Shown one piece after another: positions 48,812 through 60,059 of a DNA stretch of 64,000 nucleotides. The first letter of the stretch is position 1, and each line of letters starts with the position of its first letter. Source of the stretch: Pseudomonadota bacterium (GTDB lineage: Bacteria > Pseudomonadota > Alphaproteobacteria > Caulobacterales > Caulobacteraceae); NCBI GenBank assembly GCA_963205005.1, contig CAUJHW010000119.1, positions 14,438-78,437 on the forward strand, written 5' to 3'. A program made the position numbers and the translations under genes. The notes beneath the pieces are model-generated. The model saw only the letters and a program-made list of their open reading frames with translations, made no database searches and was not told the DNA's origin.

Positions 48812-49855
48812 ATGAACGCCGTGACGTCCGACTTCACCCCCCAGGTCCTGGAGACCGCCTGCGAATGGGACGCCGCAGGGGTCTCCGACCCCGCGCAGTG
48901 GACCGAGATGCTTTCCTCCGCCGAGGTGGCGGAACTGGAGGCCGCTGTCGCCCACGCCCAGGGCGTCTCGGACAATTTCATGGAGATCGGCAAGGCCCAG
49001 TTCCCGCTGCCGACACTCGGGCCACGCCTGAAGGTCATCGAGCGCGAGCTGATCGACGGGCGCGGCTTCGTACGCCTGCGCGGCCTGCCCCGCGACCGCT
49101 GGACCAACGACCAGATGAGCCTGGCCTACTGGGGCATCGGCGCGCATCTCGGCAGACCCTGGCCGCAGAACGCCAAGGGCCATCTGCTGGGCGATGTCAC
49201 TGACCACGGCAAGGCGCCGGGCGACCCTACCTCGCGCGGCAACGAGATCGGCCTCGTCGGCCTCGACTTCCACTGCGACGGCTCGGACCTCGTGGGCCTG
49301 ATGTGCCTGCAGACCGGCATCTCCGGCGGGCTGTCGGCGGTCTGCAACTCGGTGGCCCTGCACAACCGGCTGGTCCGCGAGCGCCCGGACCTCGCCGCCG
49401 AGCTCTACAAGCCCCAGCCCTTCGACTACCGGGGCGAACAGGCGCCCGGGAAGCCCGGCTGGTACCTGATGCCGGTGTTCACCTGCCACGGCGACCGGCT
49501 GTTCGTGCGGCTGATCCGGCCCTACATCCTGGCCTCCCAGCGCCACGCCGACGCCCCGCGTCTGACGGAAAAGGCCATTGAGGCCCTGGCCTGGATGCAG
49601 GACCAGGCCGAGGGCGGCGACTATTCCGTGATCATGGATTTCCAGCCCGGCGACATGCAGTTCATCAACAACTACCACGTGCTGCACGGCCGCACCGCCT
49701 ATGAGGACGACCGCGCCGCCGGCAAGATCCGCCACCTGAAGCGCCTCTGGCTGGAGACCGAAGTCCTGGCCGAGCGGCCCGCGCAGTTCGTCAACCGCAT
49801 GGGCAGCCACTGGGCCAGCAAGCTCACCATCAGCCGAATGGACGCCACCGCATGA
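48812..49855 (+). CDS. TauD/TfdA family Fe(II)/2-oxoglutarate dioxygenase
   Basis: FHCDG HxD motif and FINN..VLHGRT..RHLKRLW. Confidence 0.88.
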   Translation: MNAVTSDFTPQVLETACEWDAAGVSDPAQWTEMLSSAEVAELEAAVAHAQGVSDNFMEIGKAQFPLPTLGPRLKVIERELIDGRGFVRLRGLPRDRWTNDQMSLAYWGIGAHLGRPWPQNAKGHLLGDVTDHGKAPGDPTSRGNEIGLVGLDFHCDGSDLVGLMCLQTGISGGLSAVCNSVALHNRLVRERPDLAAELYKPQPFDYRGEQAPGKPGWYLMPVFTCHGDRLFVRLIRPYILASQRHADAPRLTEKAIEALAWMQDQAEGGDYSVIMDFQPGDMQFINNYHVLHGRTAYEDDRAAGKIRHLKRLWLETEVLAERPAQFVNRMGSHWASKLTISRMDATA

Positions 49856-50607
49856 GCCAGCTTGTCCTGCGCACCGACCGCGACGGCTGCGCCACCCTCA
49901 CCCTCAATCGCCCCGACAAGCTGAACGCGCTGAACGTCGAGGTCTTCGTCGAGCTGGACGCCCATGTGCGGGCCCTGGCCACGGAGACCGAGACGGTGGG
50001 GCTGGTGATCCTGCGCGGCGCCGGACGATGCTTCTCGGCCGGGCACGACCTCGGCGACATCTCCACCGGCGAGAAACTGCCCGAGCCCTTCTACCAGTCT
50101 AAGGTGATCGAGCGCCTGGCCAACCTGCCGCAGCCGGTGATCAGCGCGGTTCACGGGCATTGCTACACCGGGGCCCTGGAACTGGCGCTGGCCGGCGACA
50201 TCATCCTTGCCGCCGAAGGGGCGAAGATGGCCGATACCCATGCCAAGTGGGCCCTGACCCCGGTCTGGGGCATGAGCCAGCGCCTGCCGCGCCGGGTCGG
50301 AACCTATCGGGCGCGCGAGCTGATGTTCACCTGCCGCACGGTCGGCGGGCGGGAAGCCGCCGAGATCGGCCTGGCCGATATCTGTGTGCCCGACGCCGAG
50401 TTCGACGCCCGGCTTGATGCGCTCGCCGCCCAGATCCTCGCCAACTCCTGGTTCAGTCACCGGGCCAACAAGCGCTTGCTGCGCGAGACCGACGGCATGA
50501 CCCAGTCGGAAGGCCTGGCCCACGAGATCTTCCGGGGCGAGGGCCGCGGCCCGGACATGCAGGCGCGGATCGCCGGCTTCTCCAACAAGACCGTGAAACA
50601 GAGCTAG
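49852..50607 (+). CDS. enoyl-CoA hydratase/isomerase family protein
   Basis: TLNRPDKLNAL, FSAGHDL and YTGALELAL motifs. Confidence 0.92.
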   Translation: MSQLVLRTDRDGCATLTLNRPDKLNALNVEVFVELDAHVRALATETETVGLVILRGAGRCFSAGHDLGDISTGEKLPEPFYQSKVIERLANLPQPVISAVHGHCYTGALELALAGDIILAAEGAKMADTHAKWALTPVWGMSQRLPRRVGTYRARELMFTCRTVGGREAAEIGLADICVPDAEFDARLDALAAQILANSWFSHRANKRLLRETDGMTQSEGLAHEIFRGEGRGPDMQARIAGFSNKTVKQS

Positions 50608-50671
50608 ATCCGCAGGGGAAAAGCCGGAACGCCACATGGCGCCGGGGGCGAGTCAGCCCCATAAAGGCCCG

Positions 50672-52528
50672 ATGTCGCTTGCCGTCGCCGAAGCCGAAGT
50701 CCCGCCGCTGGACACTGCCCGGGAAATCCTGCGCCGCACGTTCGGCCACGCCGATTTCCGGGGCCTGCAGGCCGAGGTGATCGCCGAGGTTCTGGCCGGC
50801 CGCAATGCGCTGGCCGTCCTGCCGACCGGTGGCGGCAAGAGCCTCTGCTACCAGATCCCCAGCCTGATCCGCCCGGGCCTCGGCCTCGTGGTCTCGCCGC
50901 TGATCGCCCTGATGACCGACCAGGTCGCCGCGCTCGTCCAGTCGGGTGTCGCGGCGGCTCGCCTGGATTCCAACATCGAGCCCGAGGAAAAGGCCCAGAC
51001 CTGGCGGCGGATCGACGCCGGCGAGCTCGACATCCTCTACATCTCGCCCGAAGGCCTGATGCAGCCGTGGATGCAGGACCGGTTGAGCCGCATTCCGCTG
51101 TCGCTGATCGCCATCGACGAGGCCCACTGCGTCAGCCAGTGGGGCCACGATTTCCGGCCCGAGTACCGGATGCTGGGCCGCCTGGCCGACCTGTTCCCCG
51201 GCGTACCGCGCCTCGCGGTCACCGCCACCGCAGACTCCAGGACCCGCGAGGATATCCGCACCGAGCTGCGCCTGCAGGACGACCGCGAGTTCGTGGCCAG
51301 TTTCGCCCGGCCCGAACTGATCCTCTCGGCCGAGCGCAAGCGCGGCGCCGACAAGCGGGTGGTCGAGCTGGTCACCGCCCGGCCGGGCCGGTCGGGCGTG
51401 GTCTATGCCGGCTCGCGCGACAAGACCGAGAAGCTGGCCGAGGCCCTGCGCGCCGCGGGCGTCCCCGCCGTCGCCTACCATGCCGGCCTCGACCGCCGCC
51501 TGCGCGAGACCCGGCTCACCGAATTCCTCGAGGCGGACGCGGCGGTGATGGTGGCGACCATCGCCTTCGGCATGGGGGTCGACAAGCCGGACGTGCGCTT
51601 CGTGATCCACGCTGACCCGCCGGGCTCCATCGAGGCCTACTGGCAGGAGATCGGCCGCGCCGGACGCGACGGTGAGCCTGCCGAGGGCATCACCCTGTAC
51701 GGGGCCGCCGACATGGCCTGGGCGCTGCGCCGCATCTCCGAGCGCGAGATGGATGACGCGGTCAAGCAGGTCCAGGTCCGCAAGGTCCGCCAGCTCTACA
51801 CCCTGCTGGACGGCGCCGGCTGCCGCGCCGCCACGGTGCGCCGCTACTTCGGCGAGGAGGGCGTCGAGGCCTGTGGCCAGTGCGACCTCTGCACCGGGAC
51901 GGTGGAGACCATCGACGCCACCCTTCCGGCCCAGAAGGCCCTGTCCGCCGCCGCGCGCCTCGGTGGTCGCTATGGCCGGGGCCGGCTGGTCGACCATCTG
52001 CTGGGCAAGACCAAGGACGTGAGCGCGCAGGAATCCTCGCTCTCCACCTGGGGCATCGGCCAGGAGCTGTCGGCGACCCAGTGGCGCGACCTCTGCGAGC
52101 AGTTGCTGTTCGAGGGCCTGCTGCGCGAGGATCCCAACGACGGCCGCCCGCTGGTGGGGGTCGGGGACGCCGAGGCCGTGCGGGCCGTGTTCCGCGGCGA
52201 GCAGCGGGTGATGATGCGCAGGCATCCCGAGGGCGCCGAGGACGGACCCCGCGCCGGGCGCAAGAGCCGCCGGACCCGGGATGCGGCGGTCGCCCTGCCG
52301 CCCGCCGACCAGCCGCTGTTCGAGGCCCTGCGCGCCTGGCGGACCGCCCAGGCCAAGGCCCAGCACGTGCCGCCCTATGTGATCTTCAGCGACCGTACGC
52401 TCACCGAGATCGCCATGGTCAAGCCCACCGGCCGCGCGGCGCTGGAGCGAGTCAACGGTGTCGGCGAGGCCAAGCTCGCCCACTACGGCCAGGCGGTGCT
52501 GGACCTGGTCAGCGGCTTCGAGGGCTGA
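50672..52528 (+). CDS. recQ: ATP-dependent DNA helicase RecQ
   Basis: PTGGGKS, DEAHCVSQWGHDFRPEY, QEIGRAGRDG, Zn-binding Cys cluster, HRDC domain. Confidence 0.96.
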   Translation: MSLAVAEAEVPPLDTAREILRRTFGHADFRGLQAEVIAEVLAGRNALAVLPTGGGKSLCYQIPSLIRPGLGLVVSPLIALMTDQVAALVQSGVAAARLDSNIEPEEKAQTWRRIDAGELDILYISPEGLMQPWMQDRLSRIPLSLIAIDEAHCVSQWGHDFRPEYRMLGRLADLFPGVPRLAVTATADSRTREDIRTELRLQDDREFVASFARPELILSAERKRGADKRVVELVTARPGRSGVVYAGSRDKTEKLAEALRAAGVPAVAYHAGLDRRLRETRLTEFLEADAAVMVATIAFGMGVDKPDVRFVIHADPPGSIEAYWQEIGRAGRDGEPAEGITLYGAADMAWALRRISEREMDDAVKQVQVRKVRQLYTLLDGAGCRAATVRRYFGEEGVEACGQCDLCTGTVETIDATLPAQKALSAAARLGGRYGRGRLVDHLLGKTKDVSAQESSLSTWGIGQELSATQWRDLCEQLLFEGLLREDPNDGRPLVGVGDAEAVRAVFRGEQRVMMRRHPEGAEDGPRAGRKSRRTRDAAVALPPADQPLFEALRAWRTAQAKAQHVPPYVIFSDRTLTEIAMVKPTGRAALERVNGVGEAKLAHYGQAVLDLVSGFEG

Positions 52529-52535
52529 AACGGAA

Positions 52536-52565
52536 AACGCCGCCCGTCTCGCGACGGGCGGCGTT
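52536..52565. terminator. terminator between convergent recQ and the PEP-CTERM gene
   Basis: 13-bp perfect stem AACGCCGCCCGTC/GACGGGCGGCGTT with a flanking A-tract. Confidence 0.75.
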
Positions 52566-52590
52566 CCAGGTCCGGACTGTCCGGTAAGTC

Positions 52591-53373
52591 TTAGGCGGCA
52601 ACCACCCGGCGACGACGCAGCGCCGCGCCGGCGAGGCCGAAGCCGCCGATCATCAGCGCCCAGGTCGCCGGCTCCGGCACCGCGCCGCCGACGTTCACCG
52701 CGCCGGTCGCGGCGAGGTTCAGTTCGTTGACGCGCAGCTGGAACGGATCGCTGCCGCTGTGGAAGTTGGTCGTGGTCTGGCCGCCGACAAACAGGCCTTC
52801 CGTGACCGCGCCAAAGACGCAGCCGGCAGAGCCGGAGATGTAGCAGACGTCCACGCCGCTCACGACGTCGTGCGAGAAGTAGCCGCCGCCGAAGCTGGTC
52901 CCGGCGCCATTGAGGTCGAGACCGGCGGCGACGCCATCTGTCGTCAGGTCGGCGCTGCTCGAAGCCAGATTGTAGCTGCTGTCCCCGGCAATGCTGGTGC
53001 CGAAGCCCGTGAGGGTCGTGCCGAAGTCCGTATTGCGGGCGATGTTCAGCAGAACGCGGCCGCCGGACGACACGAAGGTCTCAAGGTTCGAGAGGTTCGC
53101 GCCAAGGAAGGTGTTGATCTCGCCCGTCGTCTGGTCGCTGCCATCGAGGTAGATGAAGGCGTAGCCCGCCGTGAAGACCGAGTTATCGAAGCCGTGGAAG
53201 CCGTTCCAGGCGCCGGACCCGAACGCCGCGTTCATGGCGTCCTCATTGGTGGACTGGTCCCACGGCAGAGTGCTCCCGGTCATGTAGGCATAGTCCACGG
53301 CGCCGGCGGAGCCGGCCATGCCCAGAGCGACGACGGCGGTCGCCGCGGCAACCATCAGGTTGAGTTTTTTCAT
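52591..53373 (-). CDS. PEP-CTERM (PEPxxWA) surface protein
   Basis: Signal peptide; VPEPATWALMIGGFGLAGAALRRRR. Confidence 0.92.
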   Translation of the reverse strand: MKKLNLMVAAATAVVALGMAGSAGAVDYAYMTGSTLPWDQSTNEDAMNAAFGSGAWNGFHGFDNSVFTAGYAFIYLDGSDQTTGEINTFLGANLSNLETFVSSGGRVLLNIARNTDFGTTLTGFGTSIAGDSSYNLASSSADLTTDGVAAGLDLNGAGTSFGGGYFSHDVVSGVDVCYISGSAGCVFGAVTEGLFVGGQTTTNFHSGSDPFQLRVNELNLAATGAVNVGGAVPEPATWALMIGGFGLAGAALRRRRVVAA

Positions 53374-53461
53374 CTTTGTCCCCTTTTGCAGGTTCAGGAC
53401 CTGCGCGTTTCGGCCCGCCGCCCCCGAGGCAAGGCCGTTCGCGGAAACAGATGCGCCGCCG

Positions 53462-53477
53462 TTAAATTCTCCGTAAC
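53462..53477 (+). promoter_or_regulatory. CtrA-like site TTAA-N7-GTAAC
   Basis: TTAAattctccGTAAC, one mismatch to consensus; extra GGTTAA half site near 53505; upstream of PEP-CTERM gene 52591..53373. Confidence 0.45.
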
Positions 53478-53613
53478 CACTTTCTCTTCGAGGGGGTGCA
53501 GCATGGTTAAAATTCCCCCGGCCCTCTCGGGAGAGAGGGTTTACAGGACCAACGCAGAACGCCGCCTGTCTTGCGACAGGCGGCGTCTGACGGTCGGATG
53601 ATCCGACGATGGA

Positions 53614-54258
53614 TCAGGCGGTGATCGTCCGGCGGCGACGGAGCGTCGCGCCGGCAAGGCCGAAGCCGCCGATCATCAGCGCCCAGGTCGCAGGCTCGGG
53701 CACCGCGCCGCCCACGCCGGGGTCAAACGTGACGTTGTCGACGATCTCGATCAGGCCAGTGCTGACATTGCCACCACCCGTGAACGGCGATCCCTGAGCG
53801 TTCGTGTAGGCGAAGGTGAAATTGTCGAACGCCGATCCCGTGTAGCTAATCGTCTGGTTCATGATGTCGTCGCGGTTGAGAACGACCGAGACCGAGGCGA
53901 TCTGCACGTTGCCGAGGAACAGGTTCAGCAACGCCAGGTCGCCCAGATTGGTGAAGCCTTGGTCATCGTTGCCGAAATCGAGCGAGAGACTCGTGTGGGT
54001 CCCGTCGTTGAACTGGCCCGTCAGATAGTCGCCGTCGGAGTCGCCGCCGATGAGCAGCGACTGACCGTCGCCCTGCTCGCCGAAATCGCCAACAACGACG
54101 CCGCCATTGTTGCCCAGGAAGCTGCCGAAGGTCAGTTCCGGATGCCCGTTTGCCTGCAGGCCGTTCAGGCCGGTCTCGAAGTCGATGACGGCGGCCTGGG
54201 CGCTGGCCCCGCCCAGGACGATCGCCGCCACCGTGGCGGCAAGAAGTGAACGCTTCAT
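53614..54258 (-). CDS. PEP-CTERM (PEPxxWA) surface protein
   Basis: Signal peptide; AVIDFE start of mature protein; VPEPATWALMIGGFGLAGATLRRRR. Confidence 0.92.
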   Translation of the reverse strand: MKRSLLAATVAAIVLGGASAQAAVIDFETGLNGLQANGHPELTFGSFLGNNGGVVVGDFGEQGDGQSLLIGGDSDGDYLTGQFNDGTHTSLSLDFGNDDQGFTNLGDLALLNLFLGNVQIASVSVVLNRDDIMNQTISYTGSAFDNFTFAYTNAQGSPFTGGGNVSTGLIEIVDNVTFDPGVGGAVPEPATWALMIGGFGLAGATLRRRRTITA

Positions 54259-54399
54259 CTGAAAAACACCCCGTGGTTGAGCCGCGGCAAGATCGCCGCA
54301 TGCCGCCCCCGGGGGTGGGACTAGATCGCTTCCACGTGGGCCGACATCACTTTCCCCGGTGGGGCGAGGCCGGCTCTACCCTGGGCAAAGCCAGGGGCG

Positions 54400-56943
<2,544 letters not shown>

Positions 56944-57033
56944 CTATATAGGGCTTGGGGCTGATTCTGCACATGTTTCGACGCCGCAGCAGCCGCCGGT
57001 CCGGGGGAAACGAAGAGTGGGGTTTTCCGCCCC

Positions 57034-58173
57034 TCAGCCCATCCCCGTCAGCCCCGCCCCATCCACCCGGAACCCCTGAGACCGGCCCGCCAGCCCCTCG
57101 AACAGCATCTCGTCCGTCCCGGTCAGGAAGGCCTGCAGGCCCAGCGCCTCGATCTCGTCGAACAGGGCCGCGCGGCGGCGCGCGTCGAGGTGGGCGGCCA
57201 CCTCGTCCAGCAGCAGGATCGGCGCGGGGGCGTCGGGTGAGCGGGCCAGCCGGGCGGCCTGGGCCAGCACCAGGTTGAGGATCAGGGCCTTCTGCTCGCC
57301 GGTGGAGCATTCGGCGGCGGCGCGGTCCTTCTCCACGTGGATCACCGACAGGTCGCCCCGATGGGGACCGGTCAGCGCGCGTCCGGCGGCAGCGTCGCGG
57401 TCGCGGGCGCCGGCCAGCGCCTTGCCCAGTTGGGCCTCGATGTCGGTCAGGTGGGCCCCGTCCGCCGCCATCTGTTCCCAGGCTCCGGTCAGCGACAGCC
57501 GCGCCTGCGGGAACGGCCGTTCGCCCCGGGTGGCGATCTCGGCGGTCAGGGCGGCCAGCGTCCGCGCCCGCGCCGTGGCCATCAGCGCGCCGGCCTCGGC
57601 CAGCCGCGTCTCGAGCGCATCCAGCCAGGCCGGATCGGGGGGGCCGTCGGTGAGCAGGCGCATCCGCTCGCGCAGCGCCTTCTCGTAGGCCTGGACGTGG
57701 GCGGCGTGCAGCGGCTCGGCGGCGAACACCAGCCGGTCGAAGAACCGGCGGCGGTCGGCCGCGCCTTCGAGGAACAGCCGGTCCTGCGCCGGAGTCAGCC
57801 AGACCTGACGGGTGTGCTCCGACAGCCGGCCCGGGGCCACGGTCTCGCCCTCGACGCGGACGGCGCGGCGGACGGCGCCGGCGGTCTCGACGCCCGTGCC
57901 CAGCCGGGTCTCGCCCTCGCTCGACCTCACGGTGACGGCGACGGCCCACGCCCGCCCCGTCGCCTCGCCCGGAAGGCGTCGGCCCACCTCGGCCAGGCTG
58001 GAACCGCGCAGGCCGCGTCCCGGGATCAGGAAGCTCACCGCCTCCAGCAGGTTGGTCTTGCCCGCCCCGTTCGGCCCGGCCAGCCACACGGGCCGGCCGT
58101 CCAGCGCCAGCTCCGCCGTCGCATAGGACCGGAAGTCGGTCAGGGTCAGTCGGGTCAGGGCGCAGGCGGTCAC
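57034..58173 (-). CDS. recF: DNA replication/repair protein RecF
   Basis: [25 protein letters not shown] and [10 protein letters not shown] motifs. Confidence 0.96.
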   Translation of the reverse strand: MTACALTRLTLTDFRSYATAELALDGRPVWLAGPNGAGKTNLLEAVSFLIPGRGLRGSSLAEVGRRLPGEATGRAWAVAVTVRSSEGETRLGTGVETAGAVRRAVRVEGETVAPGRLSEHTRQVWLTPAQDRLFLEGAADRRRFFDRLVFAAEPLHAAHVQAYEKALRERMRLLTDGPPDPAWLDALETRLAEAGALMATARARTLAALTAEIATRGERPFPQARLSLTGAWEQMAADGAHLTDIEAQLGKALAGARDRDAAAGRALTGPHRGDLSVIHVEKDRAAAECSTGEQKALILNLVLAQAARLARSPDAPAPILLLDEVAAHLDARRRAALFDEIEALGLQAFLTGTDEMLFEGLAGRSQGFRVDGAGLTGMG

Positions 58174-58307
58174 CGCCGGGTCTTAGCGTGCTTCCGGGGT
58201 TGCGCGAACCGGTCGCTGTCGGGGTCCGGATTCCGCGATCACCGTGTCACACCCGGCTCCCCATCCGCGTCCTGTGGGCTAGGATCGCCGAAACACGGAG
58301 TCACGCC

Positions 58308-59114
58308 ATGTCCCAGATCGCCCGGGCCGAACTGTTCCACCAGCTGCACAAGGGACCCGAGGTTCTGGTGCTGCCCAACGCCTGGGACGCCGCCAGCGCG
58401 GCGGTGATCGCCGACGCGGGCGCCAAGGCCATCGCCACCTCCTCGGCCGCCGTCGCCTGGGCGCACGGCTATCCCGACGGCGACGTGCTGGCGGTGGAGA
58501 CCACCTGCGCCATGGTCGCCGACATCGTCCGGGTGGTGGACGTGCCGGTCACCTGCGATTTCGAGGGCGGGTTCACCGACGATCTGGGCGAACTGGTCGA
58601 CAACATCGCCCGGGTGATCGAGGCCGGCGCCGTGGGGATCAACTTCGAGGACGGCGGGCGGGACCCCGACCTGCACGCGCGCAAGATCCAGGCGGCGCGC
58701 ACCGCCGCCGACCGCACCCGCGTGCCACTCTTCATTAATGCCCGCACCGACATCTATCTGAAGAACCTGGTCGCCGGCGACGCCGCCGAGGCCGAGGCGA
58801 TCCGGCGGGGCCGGCTCTATGCCGACGCCGGCGCCAGTGGCGTGTTCGTGCCCGCCGCGGTCGAACAGGAGCTGATCCGTCGTCTGGCCGAGGCGATCCC
58901 GCTGCCGCTGAACGTCATCGCCTGGCCGGGCGTGCCGGATGCGGCAGGGCTGGCCGCACTGGGCGCGCGCCGGCTGAGCGCGGGGACGGCGATCTTCCGC
59001 ACCGCCTTCGCCCCCCTCGCCCGCGCCGCCGCCGCCTTCGTGGCCACCGGCGACGTCGCCGCCCTGCTCGCGGCGGGCGAAGGCGCCCCGGCGCTGCAGA
59101 AGCGGTTCAGCTAG
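58308..59114 (+). CDS. isocitrate lyase/PEP mutase family protein
   Basis: LPNAWDAASA, ATSSAAVA, GINFED and INARTD motifs. Confidence 0.9.
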   Translation: MSQIARAELFHQLHKGPEVLVLPNAWDAASAAVIADAGAKAIATSSAAVAWAHGYPDGDVLAVETTCAMVADIVRVVDVPVTCDFEGGFTDDLGELVDNIARVIEAGAVGINFEDGGRDPDLHARKIQAARTAADRTRVPLFINARTDIYLKNLVAGDAAEAEAIRRGRLYADAGASGVFVPAAVEQELIRRLAEAIPLPLNVIAWPGVPDAAGLAALGARRLSAGTAIFRTAFAPLARAAAAFVATGDVAALLAAGEGAPALQKRFS

Positions 59115-59557
59115 ACCAGCAGGGCCAGCCCGGCGGCAAGTCCGGCCAGGGCGCCGGCGCTCAGCAGGGTCCGGAGCGTCGGGTACCAGCCCGGCAGCGC
59201 CGCGGCGCGGACATCCCACATCCACTGCAGCGCCAGCCCCGCGGCGAGGCCGGCGAACTGCAGCGCGCGCTCGCGCTCCGGCAGCGCCAGCATCGCCAGG
59301 GCGTAGAGGGTCGGCAGCATGGCCAGCGACACGGTCAGCGGCGACGGAGAGGGCCGCGACACCGCCAGCCCCCAGCGCGCGCCACCGAGGAACGACAGGA
59401 TCAGCGCCGCATAGGCGGCCAGCACGCCCGCCGCGATCTCGCGCCAGGCCGGAAACAGCGCGCCGGCCAGCGGAGGCAGCAGGAATCCGCTCAGCCCCAG
59501 CAGGCCGTAGACCAGCACCACGCGGGGCGTGCGGCGCGGATCGGGGTCGACGCTCAT
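59111..59557 (-). CDS. DUF3429-like membrane protein
   Basis: YAALILSFLGGARWG and WYPTLRTLLS motifs. Confidence 0.8.
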   Translation of the reverse strand: MSVDPDPRRTPRVVLVYGLLGLSGFLLPPLAGALFPAWREIAAGVLAAYAALILSFLGGARWGLAVSRPSPSPLTVSLAMLPTLYALAMLALPERERALQFAGLAAGLALQWMWDVRAAALPGWYPTLRTLLSAGALAGLAAGLALLV

Positions 59558-59982
59558 CGGCGGGTCTCCTTCAGGGGCGCGATACGCCCGACGATGACCT
59601 GCAGCGTCGGGCGCAGGCGCAGGAACAGGCGGTAGAGGCGTTCCAGCAGCCAGAGCAGGGCCGGCGTCCGCGCCAGCTCGCCCATCGGCCGCAGAACCGG
59701 GATTGCCCGCCACATGGCCGCGAAGGCCGCGGCGCCGGACACGATCGTCCCGCCCGCTTCCTGCGCATGGAAGCGGGCAAGCAGGGTCTCGCGGTCCAGC
59801 GGGCAGGTTCCGTCGCCGCCAACCTCGACGAAGGCGATCGCGCCCCGCCGGTCGAGGCGCCGGAACAGGGCGATCTCACGCACGCACAGCGGGCAATCGC
59901 CGTCGAACCACACGGTCACACGCCGCTGGGCGGGCGGCGCGGGCGCGGCGGTCGGGTCCAGGGCGAGCCTCATGGGCTTCAC
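59554..59982 (-). CDS. DCC1-like thiol-disulfide oxidoreductase (DUF393)
   Basis: FDGDCPLC DxxCxxC motif and SGAAAFAAMW. Confidence 0.88.
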   Translation of the reverse strand: MKPMRLALDPTAAPAPPAQRRVTVWFDGDCPLCVREIALFRRLDRRGAIAFVEVGGDGTCPLDRETLLARFHAQEAGGTIVSGAAAFAAMWRAIPVLRPMGELARTPALLWLLERLYRLFLRLRPTLQVIVGRIAPLKETRR

Positions 59983-60059
59983 CTAGGGGTCCTTGGCCGA
60001 CCTCGCAATCGCGCCGGGAAGCGGATGACCTGTCGCGCGGCCCGTCCTATCCTGCGGCC

